64,000 nt of DNA from Marsupella aquatica (lineage: Eukaryota; Plantae; Marchantiophyta), in assembly GCA_973895155.1 (NCBI GenBank), contig OZ316892.1, forward strand, positions 17,164,357 through 17,228,356, in the 5' to 3' direction. A program made the position numbers and the translations under genes. This document shows, in pieces, positions 13,046-25,302 of the stretch. The number at the start of each line of letters is the position of its first letter. Position 1 is the stretch's first letter. Under the pieces are notes generated by a model. It saw only the letters and a program-made list of their open reading frames with translations. It did not search any database and was not told the DNA's origin.

Positions 13046-14524
13046 AGTGGTGGACCTTGCCATCCAGTGCCCTCGCCAATCCCAGCACTCGCGCCTAAGT
13101 GCCCTTGGTGCCCGAATGCCTCCACGGAATACCTCGAGCAAGCACTCTAGTGCCCCTTGCACCGCCAACGGCTCCCCCCATACAAAGCCGCACTTGCTCA
13201 TCTACACGACCGCTACTCAACGGTCCTCACTGTGTGCACAAGCAACCAAGCACCTCGATAAGTAACCCCTCAAGATCTAGAACTCACCAAGTCTAGCATC
13301 CTAACTCAAGCTCAACATACGTTGGTAAATAGGTCAGCGATATGTCCTCCCGATGCCATAAGCCGAAACCAGAACCCACGCCCGTTGTTCGTCCAGAACA
13401 ACTCCTTTCTTGGGTGCGGCCTGGGTTCCCTCTCGTACCTATCCATCACCAACTAACCGCCCTGACCCTAGGACATGCTCATGGCCCAAATAGCGCAGCT
13501 TGTCCCAACACACCGGGACCAGAACGGCCCCGACTCTAGCAACCAACTCCCGGTTTTCCCCACTGATGGTCTAAGGGCCGAGCACCCTTGGAACTCAGTC
13601 TCCACAACTACTTGGCTTTGCCTCCCCAATGCAAGCTCCCTTGGGAGACTGAACGCGGCTTGGTTGCTGTTCGGTAGGATTTGGCAAGCAGGCGAGCTAA
13701 CACCCGCAAACCACGAAAACCCATGGCTCCCCCCAGACCCAGATGAGCTCTAGAGGGCATAGCCCTCCTCAAGAGCTTTCCAACGCACTCAAGAAGTCCC
13801 CCAACGGACTTCCCGTTAGGAAGATATCACCATTTCCGTTTGGCGGTTTCTCTTAGTGTCGCGACCGTCGCGGCTCACGACTTCGGCTCGCCCTTAGCCC
13901 CCAGGGAGACCACTCCCCTCATATATGCTTCTGGAGACCTGCCACCCCCGGACCAACTTTGGTCCCTAAATATTTGGCCCCCAACCCGAATCCTATCGCG
14001 CATAATGGGCGCGCCACCAACTGGCAACGCCCATAACTTTCTCGTTAGGCATCCACCAACGAAGTGCCTTAGCCCATTGTGATCAGGCCGACCCAGTGCT
14101 CATGCCTAGGCCCTCAGATCTCATCGCCGCTTGAGGCCTTTGACCGGCCCAACTCGGATCGGGCCATAACTTGTGCCCCAAGCGTCCATTGCCCATGACG
14201 TCAACTCCATTGGCCTTGGGCCCAAGAGGAGCTCACACTCAAGCCCTAATAACTCAAAGTCCATTTGGAGGTCCGGAGGTCCGGACAGCCAACCTTGAGC
14301 CCGACCCATTTCCCCTTGACCCGACCAACTATCAGCTAGTCCAAGTCCTTAGTGTGTGTCCCCAGCTTGGCTCCTTGCCTCGCTAGTGCCACGTCTCATT
14401 GCCCAAAAGTATCCCCATGCTAAGTCCTCCCCGGATGGCCTATCCGGGCTTGGACCATAAGGGAGCTTGGCGTCGAAGTCAAGGACGCCAGAGCTAAGTG
14501 TTAAGGTAGTCGAGTTTTGCGACT
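13046..14524 (-). repeat. Chromovirus 3' LTR (1479 bp)
   Basis: Colinear with 20217-21417 plus 27917-28118, with many substitutions and some indels. Begins AGTGG and ends CGACT on the + strand. Confidence 0.9.
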
Positions 14525-14941
14525 TGCACCCCTCTTAAAAATAATCACGTCCGCGTGACCTCAGTAAACGTTCCAACACGCCTAGACCACTGTGGGCCTT
14601 AAAAATTTTATGAGGTAACAAATGGTTTGCTCATAAGGCTGATGCAAACCAGGTTGGTATGCGCATTCCAGACTTAGGAAATTCCAACCTATCCCAGTCC
14701 AAACGGGTAAGCTAACTCCAAACTTGTTGGACCCATTGTCCTCCCCTTGGGGCACTTCCCTTTGGTTCGGACCAGCTCCCCCACAAATGTAAGGCGGGCA
14801 CCATCAACTTTCACTCGCAAAAAGCAAATCGGCCGCCCAACAACCTCTAGCACCAACGCAATCCGACTTTATCCTTAAGAGGCCGAGAGGAGTGAAACTA
14901 GGATACAACTCACAAAGGTAGCTACAGTTGCCTGTACCAGT

Positions 14942-17900
14942 TCACAATGGCGGTAGGCCGCTTCGCTTACGATAGCTTCCAAGGATCTTTGATGCGTTAC
15001 TCAAATTTTCTTTCGGTTCCCAAGTACTCTCGGCCTGGTCATAGCCAGCCCACTTTACCAAATACTCCAAAATTTGCCTTTGCAATTTGCGTTTGTAACG
15101 GTGGTCCAGAATTGCCTTCACCTCAAGCTCCTCAGCATCCTCCACCAACATAATGTCCAGACGCAAGACCTGATCCCCGTTGGGATCATCGTCTTTGACA
15201 AACTTCTTGAGCCGGCTAACATGGTAGCTTTTGCCCACGCCCATTTCCTTGGGTGTCTCCAACACCACCAAAATCGGATTATCCTTGTGGGCCCATCGTA
15301 TAATGTGATAGGGCCCACATATCTGGGAGCCAGCTTCCTACTTATGTTCCCGTGGTATTGCTCAGGTCTCAACTGCAACCAGACGCTCTCCCCAATTTCA
15401 AAGCTTACCTGGCGTCGATGTTTATCCCCTTGCTCCTTGTACCGACTTTGGGCAAGGGTCATACCCTTGGTAGCCGCTTCCACAACTAGGCGTCGCTCTT
15501 AAATAAAATTGTCCATAGAAGAAACCTTGCTTTTCGTCCGCCAAGCTTCTGGATTTATAAACTAGGAGGGCGCCCTCGGCGTCCTCCCTGTGGCCAACAC
15601 AAACGGCGCACACCCCGTCGCCGAATGCTTGGTCAAATTATACCTAAACTTGACCATTGTTAAATGCTTTGCCCAATCCTTTTGATTGGCCGTCATAAAG
15701 TGACGCAAGTAGTCTTCCACGACACCATTAACCTATTCCGTTTGGCCATTTGTCTCATGATGATACGTTGATCCCCTAGTCAGGTCCATTCTAGATAACC
15801 AGAACAACGCCTTCTAGAAATGGCCCGTGAACTTGGTATCGCGATCGGATAGGATATGCAACGGCAATTCCCATTGTCGGAAGACACTGTCAAACACTAG
15901 ACTGACAACCTCTCAGGCCAAAACCATCTTCGTAGTAGGTAGGAAATACGTCATCTTGGAAAAATGATCCACAATTGTTAAGATGAAGTTACTACCGTGG
16001 GACTCAGGTAACCCAACAATGAAGTCCATGGAGATAGACTCCCATGGAGCCGCAGCTACTGGTAAGGGTTGCAACAGTCTTCCTTTTGCCCTATAGACCG
16101 TTTGGTTATTTTGGCACGAGTAACAACTTTGCACGTGTTGAAGGACCGATTGCTTCATGTCCGACCAATACACATCTCGCAACATGCTGCAATACGTAGC
16201 GGCTTGTCCTCCATGCCCTCCCCAGGGCGAGTCGTGGTATTTTTGTAGAACCTCTAACCTTAGAGACTCTGGTATGTACACACGCCTCTGCTTGTATCGC
16301 CATAATTGAACATTATGCGTCGTATCCAACCCCAACCATACGTGCCTTACCTTGCCTTGGCTGCCCCCATTGCTTCGCCATTCCTTAGCTAACCTGTCAT
16401 CCCCATATGCCACGGCCAAAACCTTTGGCCACTCTGATTCAAACATCGTGATCCCATTGACACGATGTTGGTCCTTACGCCATAACGCGCAGCTGCCGTA
16501 TTTGTCTTCCCTGGAACGTGGCGGACTTTGAAATCAAAATCCGCCAAGAACATATGTCAGCGCATTTCCTTGGGGTTCAGCCTTGGCTTAGAACTGAAGT
16601 ACCCGACCGGCGAGCTATCTGTGTGGATTACCACTTTGGGACCGTTCTTAAGGTAAATCTCCCACTTCTTTAACGCATAGATCACAACATACATTTCCCT
16701 TTTTGGTGTGATCCATTTTCGGTGTGATCCAATGATTTTCCAACTTACATGACTCAAAGGCCACAAGACCCCCATCCTGGTGAAGACAGACGCCAATGGC
16801 ATAATCACTTGCGTCTGTCCAAATCTCGAACGGTTTCCCCATCTCAGATAACTTTAGAATCAGCGGCATTATCATTAGGCGCTTAAGTTCTAGGAATGCT
16901 AACTCGCAATCCTGTGTCCACACAAACACTTTGTATTTCAATGTTAGCGCGTTTAGGGGCCTCGCGATCCTCACATAGTCTTTCATGTATCTCCGATAGA
17001 ACCCCGTAAACCCTAAGAAGCCTCTAACTTGCCTCACATTGGTCGGACGCTCCCATTCTTTGATCTCCTTAAGCTTGTCCTGACTAGGCGTAATCCCTTC
17101 CGGGGTAAAGGTATGGCCGAGGAACTTAATCTCGTTCATCGCAAACTTGCATTTGCTAGGTTTAGCAAAGAGACAAGCCTTACGAAGGCAAGAGAACACT
17201 TTTCTGAGCAACTGCTCATGTTCCTCCAACATTTTTGAGTAGACTAGGATGTCATCAATAAAGACTACCACTCCTTGGTCCAACAAGTCATGGAAGATGG
17301 TATTCATCATCTTCATGAACGTTGCGGTTGCATTACACAACCCAAACGGCATAACCAAAAACTCATAGGATCCAAACCTCGTGCGCATCGCGATCTTATA
17401 CTCGTCTCCCTTAGCCATGCGAATCTGGTAATACCCAGATCACTAGTCCACCTTTGAAAACTTCTTAGCCCCGGAGAGGCAATCAAAGAGGTAATCCATA
17501 TAAGGTAACGGGTACTTATTCTTTATCGTCTACTTATTGAGGGCCCGATAATCTGCACACAATCTCAAAGTACCATCCTTTTTGGACACAAACAGCGCGG
17601 GCGCCCCGTAAGGACTCTTACTAGGGCAAATGAACCCTTGGTTGATCAACTCTTCCAAGGCGTTCTTCAACATCATTTGCTCGTTCAGGTTCAGACGATA
17701 AGGAGCTTTAGCCTGAGGAGCTGAACCCGGCTCCAACTCAACTTGGTGATCCATTTCTCTTCGCGGGGGTAAACCTTTAGGTAGCTTCTGCGAGAGCACG
17801 TTGTTGAATTCCTCTAAAATTTCAGGAATTTGACCGCAGTCGGGCCTGACCTTAGCTGACTTGCCTTTTGGCTGCGACGCAACCTCCTTAATTGGGTGGA

Positions 17901-20071
17901 GATGAAAGAAGAAACATTCATGTCCACCCTTGAAGTCTTTCCACCATTGCTTTGTTGATACACACTGAGACAACCACGACACTTTACTTACTTTTGAGAA
18001 ATCTTTCTTTATTTTTGGTAACTTCGTGTACAACGATGGGCTCACCGCCTTTATTGGGAAAATGGAGCACCTTACCCCCCGGTTTCAAGGTAACATTGTG
18101 TTTTCTAAGATAACCTACCAACAAAATGAAGTCTACAGCTAGACCGTCTAGAACGTAGAACATCTCCTGACTAACAAAATTTTGTTGTTTGCCTATGACC
18201 TCTACCCAAAGTTTATGTACTACTCTCGACACTATCCCCTTCGTGTCGTTGGCAAATTTGCACACTAACAGTTGTAGCACGTTCACCTCAAGACATGCTG
18301 CCACCTGCCCACTTATGAAGCAGGCGGTCACGCCTGTATCCACCAAAGCAACCCCTAGATTACCGTTAGAAGTGATATTCACAAAAATCAGTTTTTCAAG
18401 ATCCATTGTCTTAACTTTAGGTATTTTCTCTCGCAACAACACCCTCTCTCCGACAGGAACATCCCCTACAGGGACCTTGTCAGCTACTAAGGGTTTGGTT
18501 AGAGCGATACTTACCTTAATGCTCTTCTGCCCTCCACCATCTCCGCTTGGCTTGCCACCTTTCGTGGAACAATCCTTACTTTGATGGCCCATGGCACCAC
18601 ACGTGAAGCATGAACCTTCAGCCCGCCTCTGCTCCATGAGTGCCTCCTTCTTTGCTTTCTTTGTCAATGAGGTTCCTTTCTTGAAGTTTCCAGCCTTCCG
18701 GTTTTGCTTAGCTTCTCCATTCTGGGGCTGGGGATCCGAACCACCGGCCCCCGCCCCCTCAGGTTGCTTACGCTTATTCCAGGGACCTTTTGCTTTCCCA
18801 GCTTCCCCCTTGGATCCCTTGCCACCCACCTTTGCCAATTTTGGTTGGTTATTCACCAACGTAGTATCCTTGTCGAAGGCGTTAGAAAGCGTTTTGAACT
18901 CATGACGCTTTTTCTATAACTTTTCCCTAAGCAACGGCGGGAGCTTCACTATAAAGTTGTGAAGTTGTGTATGTAGAGTCTCTTGTCCCACCGGGATACA
19001 CGCCAACTGGTTCTGGTAATAAGTGATGAACTTTTGGATATCACCCCTGAAGCTCATCTCCGTTACACATTTTTGAGCGTGCCACTCCGGGTACTTAGTG
19101 GTGACATGAGCATGGAGTCACTCAACCAGGTTTTCCCAAGTTAATGGCAAGGAGGAGTCCTCTCATGACTTCTTCCAAGACTTGTACCAAGTCAAGGCAT
19201 AGTTCTTCAGGTAAGGAGCGGCTGCGGTAGCCCAAGTGGGACGCTCAACACACGCTTGGAGATGAATCTCCATTGTGGAGAGCCAACTCAGGAACTTTTG
19301 TCCACTCTGCTCATAGGCCCCGTCGTAAGTTGGAGGAGTCGGTAGCAGATTCACTTGGAACATACTCCGTCCAACTACCATTCCCCCCTCGGGATGAGTC
19401 GCACTCTAACTACCCAAACTAAGTAAGTACTTAATCTGGGTCCCCTTGTTGTGTTCCAACTGCTCATAAATGAGTTGTTGGTCCCGAGTCAACGGACCCA
19501 GACTATCGTCAGCGGCTGGGCCCTTGTGGGTTGTATGAGGACGGTCCTCCAACCGTACTTCCTTTGCGGGCCGCCTATCCTTAGATTCTCTCGTGGATTT
19601 TGGTGACACCCCCCGTGTCTTGCGAGCCCCATGACCTCCCGGGGGTGAGGCATCACCTGCATCGTCCTGGTTTTCCTTGGTCAAATTATCCAAGATGACG
19701 TCCGGCTCTACATCATCCTCTGGTTCTGCGTTCAACCCTCTCAAGGCTGGGATTAGTTCCTCTTCTGGGTCCTGACCCTCGTCTTCCAATTCGGCTTCAG
19801 CATCGTCGTCGCTTCCAATTGCGTCGGAGTCGTCGTCATCCGACCCATCCTCTGAAGGATCAGCCACCTCCTTCCCTTTAAGTCAACGGTGCTCTGCACT
19901 TGACGTCTTTGCCACAGCGGTCGACGGTTCGGCCATTGCATCTTCTTCATCCTGCTTGTAACATTTGTCTAGAGAAGTCAATCCGTCCTCCTTCTGTTCA
20001 TCTTGAACTTGGGCTCTCCCTTTGGTGGGGGGAGCCTGTTTGCCACTCTTTGATTGAGTGTTTTTAGCCAT
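14942..20071 (-). pseudogene. Chromovirus gag-pol, broken by stops and frameshifts
   Basis: Fragmented ORFs show a zinc knuckle (CFTCGAMGHQSKDC), protease (ALVDTG), RT (PFGLCNA...FIDDILVYS), RNase H (WTDASDYAIG), integrase zinc finger (HDSPWGGH...CYSC) and core (WESISMDFIVGLP), and a C-terminal chromodomain (EVKAILDHR...YLVKWAGYDQAESTWEP). Confidence 0.92.
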
Positions 20072-20202
20072 GTTCCCAACGACCAAATCTGCTTGCAATC
20101 GACCTGTCGGGCACGTTGAAGCACTAAGTCCCCGCAAAAATCCGTTAAAATTTTTGGATTCCGACTTAGCACAACCCCTTCCCGACGTCTATGCCAAGAA
20201 TT

Positions 20203-20214
20203 GTTCTGATACCA
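20203..20214 (-). other. Chromovirus primer-binding site (initiator tRNA-Met type, TGGTATCAGAAC)
   Basis: One mismatch to the plant iMet PBS TGGTATCAGAGC, 2 nt inside the 5' LTR end at 20217. Confidence 0.85.
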
Positions 20215-21676
20215 CAAGTGGTGGACCTTGCCACCCAACGCCCTCACCAATCCTAGCACTCGCGCCTAAGTGCCTCTGGTGCCTGAACGCCTCCACGGAA
20301 TACCTCAAGCAAGCACTCTAGTGCCCCTTGCACCGCCAGAGGCTCCCCCCATACAAAGCCGCACTTGCTCATCTACACGACCGCTACTCAACGGTCCTCA
20401 CTGTGTGCACAAGCAACCAAGCACCTCGATAAGTAACCCCTCAGGATCTAGAACTCGCCAAGTCTAGTATCCTTACTCAAGCTCAACATACGTTGGTAAA
20501 TAGATGAGCGATAGGTCCTCCCGATGCCATAAGCCAAAACCAGAACCCACACCCGTTGTTCGTCCAGAACAGCTCCTTCCTTGGGCGCGGCCTGGGTTCC
20601 CTCTCGTACCTATCCATCACCAACTAACCGCCCTGACCCCAAGACATGCTCATGGCCCAAATAGCACAGCTTGTCCCAAGCTTGTCCCAACACGTCGAGA
20701 CGAGAATGGCCCCGACTCTAGCAACCAACTCCCGGTTTGCCCCACTAATGGTCTAGGGGCCGAGCACCCTTGGAACTCAGTCTCCACACCTACTTGGCCT
20801 TGCCTCCCCAACGCAAGCTCCCTTGGGAGACTGTATGTGGTTTGGCTGCTGTTCGGTAGGATTTGGCAAGGAGGCGAGCTAACACCCACAAACCACAAAA
20901 CCCATGGCGCCTCAAGACCCAACTGAGCTCCAGAGGGCGTAGCGCTCCTCAAGAGCTTTCCAACGCACCCAATAAGTCCCCCAACGGACTTCCCGTTAGG
21001 AAGATATCACCATTTCCGTTTGACGGTTTCTCTTAGTGTCGCGACCGCCGCGGCTCACGACTTCTAAGAGATTTGGCCCCCAACCCGGATCCTATCGCGC
21101 ATAGTGGGCGCGCCATCAACTGGGAACGCCCATAACTTTCTCGTTAGGCATCCGCCAGCAAAGTGCCTTAGCCCATTGTGATCGGGCCGACCCAGTGCTC
21201 ATGCCTAGGCCCTCAGTTCTTATCGCCCCTCGAGACCCCCGACCGGCCCAACTCGGATCAGGACATAACTTGCGCCCCAAGCGTCCGTTGTGGCGTCAAC
21301 TCCATTGGCCTTGGGCCCAAGAGGAGCTCACACTCAAGCCCTTAGAACTCAAAGTCCATCCGGAGGTCCGGAGGTCCGGACGGCCAACCTTGAGCCCGGC
21401 CCATTTCCCCTTGACCCTGTTGAGCATAGACGATGATCGCAACGGCAAGCCCATGAACCATCCAACGCACAATAGTCGACACAAGAGATACGTGGTTCAC
21501 CTCCTTGAGGCTACGTCCACGGGAACACACAAGAGAGCTTTACTGAACTCTAAGCCCGTCGGCTATACCGAGTCTCCATAGTGTACGCTCTCCCTATCTC
21601 TCAAGTGGCTCCATAACAATGAGCCTTGGTTCTACCTCTCCAAGCACACATGCCTCTTATGATATAGTGTGCAACT

Positions 21677-21801
21677 TAGTTGTACCTAACCACATAGTTG
21701 TACCTAATCACGTAGTTGTACCTAACCACATAGTTGTACCTAATCATGTAGTTGTACCTAACCACGTAGTTGTACCAACCCATGTTGTTGTACCAACCAC
21801 G
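21677..21801. repeat. Seven ~18-bp tandem units (TAGTTGTACCTAACCACR) in the Copia 3' LTR
   Basis: Directly visible array; the same array occurs in the other LTR. Confidence 0.95.
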
Positions 21802-22029
21802 TCATACCTAACCTAGACGTAAGAGTAAATACCCAACAATCTTCCCCTTGACTCTGGTCTAGGGGAGAGTAATACTGCCAATGTATATGATCCCTCAGCG
21901 GGAAGCTCTGGACAGAAACCAAACCGGTTTCCCTCTCTAACTAAAGCAAACCAGAACTAAGCCGTAGCCTAATACATAGGAATGAGGAAGAGCATATATC
22001 AGTAATTACAATGAATGTTTAAGAAAACT

Positions 22030-25000
22030 CTACTTGTGATGCAATTGCAAAACCTGCAATACGTCACGGTGTCTAGAGAAACTCTCCAAAGGAATCACTT
22101 TGGTAAATGCGTCAGCCGGGTTGAGTTTACCATCAATCTTGACTAGCTCAAACAAATTATCAGACACAGCCTGCCTGATAAAATGGTACCTGACGTCAAT
22201 GTGCTTCACTCTGCTGTCCATCACCTGGTTCACAACAAGGTGGAGCGCACTTTGACTATCACAATGGAGCTTCACATTCCCCTGTGGCAATCCCATTTCA
22301 GTGATAAGTCTATCCAACCAAATCGCTTCCTTTGCTGCTTCCGCAGCTGCAACATACTCCGCTTCTGTAGTAGACTGAGCAATACACTTCTGCAAAGTAG
22401 ATCTCCAACTTATGCATCCACCGCCAAGTGTGAACACGTATCCTGTTGTTGATCTCCTTCGGTCCAAATCTTGTCCATAGTCAGAATCTACATAGCCAAT
22501 CAATGATCTAGCATTCTTTGTATTTGCATCAAATAAAAGACCATGATCCACGGTACCCTTCAAGTACCTGATAATCCACTTCACTGCTTCCCAGTGTACC
22601 TTCCCTGGATTCGACATGTACCTGCTCACCTTGCCCATAGCCATGGCAAGATCAGGTCTAGTGCAAGTCATCAAATACATGAGACTCCCCACTGCCTTGT
22701 CATATGGAACCTTTGACATCAACCCCTTCTCTGTGTCATCCGTAGGACAGAACGCTGATGATAACTTGAAGTGTGGAGCCAACGGGGTACTTACTGGCTT
22801 GCTATTCTCCATGTTGAACCTTGCAATTACCTTCCTCGCATAATTGCTCTGCGTCAACCATAGCTTGCCAGCCTCCAAGTCCCTAGTGATCTCCATACCC
22901 AAAATCCTCTTAGCTGGCCCTAAGTCCTTCATCTTAAACTCTGCACTAAGCAGTGCCTTGAGCTTAACAATCTCAGACCTATCCTTGGCTGCAATTAGCA
23001 TGTCATCCACATAAAGTACTAAAACAATGAACCCAAAGACAACATTCTTCACCGGTTTTAAATACACACAAGGGTCAAATACACTTCTGTGAAAACCTTG
23101 TGACCGAATCCAATCGTCAAACCGCTTGTTCCACTGTCTTGGTGACTGCTTCAACCCATACAAGGATTTCAGCAATCTGCAAACCAATTCCTCCTGTCCT
23201 CTCTTCACAAAACCTAGCGGTTGTCTCATGAAGATCACCTCTTCCAATGTGCCATAGAGGAAAGCTGTGACAACATCCATCTGATCTAGGAGCAGACCAA
23301 ACATTACAACAAGTACACACAATAGTCGTATTGTAGAGTACTTAGCAACTGGTGAGAAGACCTCATTGTAATCCACACCTTTCTCTTGTGTGAATCCCTT
23401 TGCTACCAATCTAGCCTTGTAGACCTTCGATCCACCTCCTATGGAATTATCCTTTAGCTTGTAAATCCACTTGCTGTCCACCACTTGCTGACCCTTAGGC
23501 AGCTTAACAAGCTCCCAAGTTTTGTTGTCCTTTAGTGACTGCATCTCCGTTTGCATTGCTGCAGTCCACTTCTGCTTCTCCTTTGAAGCACTTGCCTCAT
23601 GAAATGAAGAAGGTTCTCCTTCTTCCAAAATTAACGCATCACCCTCATCATCAGCTGTAAAATCATCCTCTTGCAGTTGAGATGAATCAACCCACTGTCC
23701 ATACCTTGGTGGAGCGCGTACAGTGCGACCAGATGTTCTTCTAGCCGATGACTCCGGTTGATCTGCGTGTGCTGGTACAATTTGAAGCTCAACAGCATCC
23801 ACTTGCTGCTCACCAGCATCAACAAACTCCTCTGGTTCCTCTGGCACAGGAACCAGCTCCATAATTGGAGCAACTCCTTCTCTTCGGTCATGCACCTCAT
23901 AACCAATCTCCCCCTCAACGAGATCCGGGATAGGAGATTTTCCTTTGTCAGTACGGGAGACCTGAGTATTCTCCCCCTCCTTCAATAATCTGGATTCATT
24001 GAAGGAAACATCCCTTCTAACAACGAGCTTACAGGCAATAGGATCCCATAGCCTATAGGCTTTCACACCACTCTGGTACCCAAGAAAAACACATTTCCTG
24101 GAGGTAGGATCCAACTTGGTCCTATTCTGCTTTGGTGTGAGAGCATATGCATCACTTCCAAAAACTACCAAGCCATGATAGTCTGCTTGCCGCTTATAGC
24201 GCATCTCAAACGGCGTTTTGAAATTGATAGCACTAGAAGGAGAAAGATTTACCAAATAAGCTGCGGTATTGACAGCTTCTGCCCAAAATTCTTGTGGTAA
24301 ACCTGATTGGCTCAACATACTCCGTGACCGCTCCAACAGTGTCCGATTGAGCCTCTCAGCGACACCATTCTGCTGCGGAGTATAAACTGTGGTGAGATGG
24401 CGAGTTATCCCCTGTTCTGAATAGTACTCTTCAAATTCCATTGAAGTGTACTCCCCGCCGTTGTCTGACCTCAGACTCTTCACCCTTGTATCCAAACACT
24501 TGATCGTGTTTCCAGTCTGATTCTCCACCTGGGCCTTCCACTTCTTAAAAATGGACAAGACATCAGACTTATGCGTCATGAAATAAATCCACACAAATCT
24601 TGAGTAATCATCAATAAATGATACATAGTACAACTTTCCAGAGTGTGAGGGAGTCGGGGATGGACCCCACACGTCACTATGTATGTACTCAAGAACCGCT
24701 TTGGAACGATGAGTTCCAACACCAAAAGCACGACGATGTTGCTTTCCAAGAATGCAATGCTCACAAAACTCTAATTTACAAGATTGCAAATCAGAAATGA
24801 GTCCATTCTTCCGTAAGATAGCCAAACCCTTCTCACTCATGTGGCCTAGCCGTGAATGCCACAGTTGAGTCATCTCCTCGTGAGACTTGGTTACATTGGC
24901 ATCTCCACATACAGTATTGCCCTGTAACACATACAAATTCTTTTGTCTACTCCCCTTCAAAATCACTGTCTCTCCCGACCTGACTTGAAGTTCACCATCA

Positions 25001-25257
25001 ATAACGCTCCATTGATGACCATTTGAATCCAACACACCGAGTGAAATCAGATTCCTACGCATGCCAGGTACATACCTGACTCCGGATACTGTGCGCACAG
25101 CGCCATCAAACATTTGAATCTTCACAGACCCAATTCCCTCAATTTGACAGGAGTGATCATTTCCCATCAGAACTGAACCGTTTGAAACAGAGTAAGAACT
25201 GAAAAACTCACGAATGTAACAAATATGAAAAGAGCAAGCACAATCAAGAATCCACAC
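22030..25257 (-). CDS. Copia pol (protease, GAG-pre-integrase, integrase, RT, RNase H), open for 1075 codons
   Basis: WILDCACSFH protease; LWHSRLGH...CEHC; HSDVWGP, LRSDNGGEY and TPQQNGVAERLNRTL integrase; KARLVAKG, QMDVVTAFL, LYGLKQSPRQW and LYVDDML RT; YVDSDY, STTEAEY and CDSQSA RNase H. There is no ATG at the start, so it would be expressed as a Gag-Pol fusion. Confidence 0.95.
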   Translation of the reverse strand: MWILDCACSFHICYIREFFSSYSVSNGSVLMGNDHSCQIEGIGSVKIQMFDGAVRTVSGVRYVPGMRRNLISLGVLDSNGHQWSVIDGELQVRSGETVILKGSRQKNLYVLQGNTVCGDANVTKSHEEMTQLWHSRLGHMSEKGLAILRKNGLISDLQSCKLEFCEHCILGKQHRRAFGVGTHRSKAVLEYIHSDVWGPSPTPSHSGKLYYVSFIDDYSRFVWIYFMTHKSDVLSIFKKWKAQVENQTGNTIKCLDTRVKSLRSDNGGEYTSMEFEEYYSEQGITRHLTTVYTPQQNGVAERLNRTLLERSRSMLSQSGLPQEFWAEAVNTAAYLVNLSPSSAINFKTPFEMRYKRQADYHGLVVFGSDAYALTPKQNRTKLDPTSRKCVFLGYQSGVKAYRLWDPIACKLVVRRDVSFNESRLLKEGENTQVSRTDKGKSPIPDLVEGEIGYEVHDRREGVAPIMELVPVPEEPEEFVDAGEQQVDAVELQIVPAHADQPESSARRTSGRTVRAPPRYGQWVDSSQLQEDDFTADDEGDALILEEGEPSSFHEASASKEKQKWTAAMQTEMQSLKDNKTWELVKLPKGQQVVDSKWIYKLKDNSIGGGSKVYKARLVAKGFTQEKGVDYNEVFSPVAKYSTIRLLCVLVVMFGLLLDQMDVVTAFLYGTLEEVIFMRQPLGFVKRGQEELVCRLLKSLYGLKQSPRQWNKRFDDWIRSQGFHRSVFDPCVYLKPVKNVVFGFIVLVLYVDDMLIAAKDRSEIVKLKALLSAEFKMKDLGPAKRILGMEITRDLEAGKLWLTQSNYARKVIARFNMENSKPVSTPLAPHFKLSSAFCPTDDTEKGLMSKVPYDKAVGSLMYLMTCTRPDLAMAMGKVSRYMSNPGKVHWEAVKWIIRYLKGTVDHGLLFDANTKNARSLIGYVDSDYGQDLDRRRSTTGYVFTLGGGCISWRSTLQKCIAQSTTEAEYVAAAEAAKEAIWLDRLITEMGLPQGNVKLHCDSQSALHLVVNQVMDSRVKHIDVRYHFIRQAVSDNLFELVKIDGKLNPADAFTKVIPLESFSRHRDVLQVLQLHHK

Positions 25258-25302
25258 ATCATCTGCTCTCCTAGATAACGTGCACAGGGCATACCCTCGG
25301 CT

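Noticed and set aside
21619-21816. ORF with VVPNH repeats (also 27692-27889)
   Set aside because: It is the translation of the 18-bp LTR array on the strand opposite to the element; no evidence of coding.
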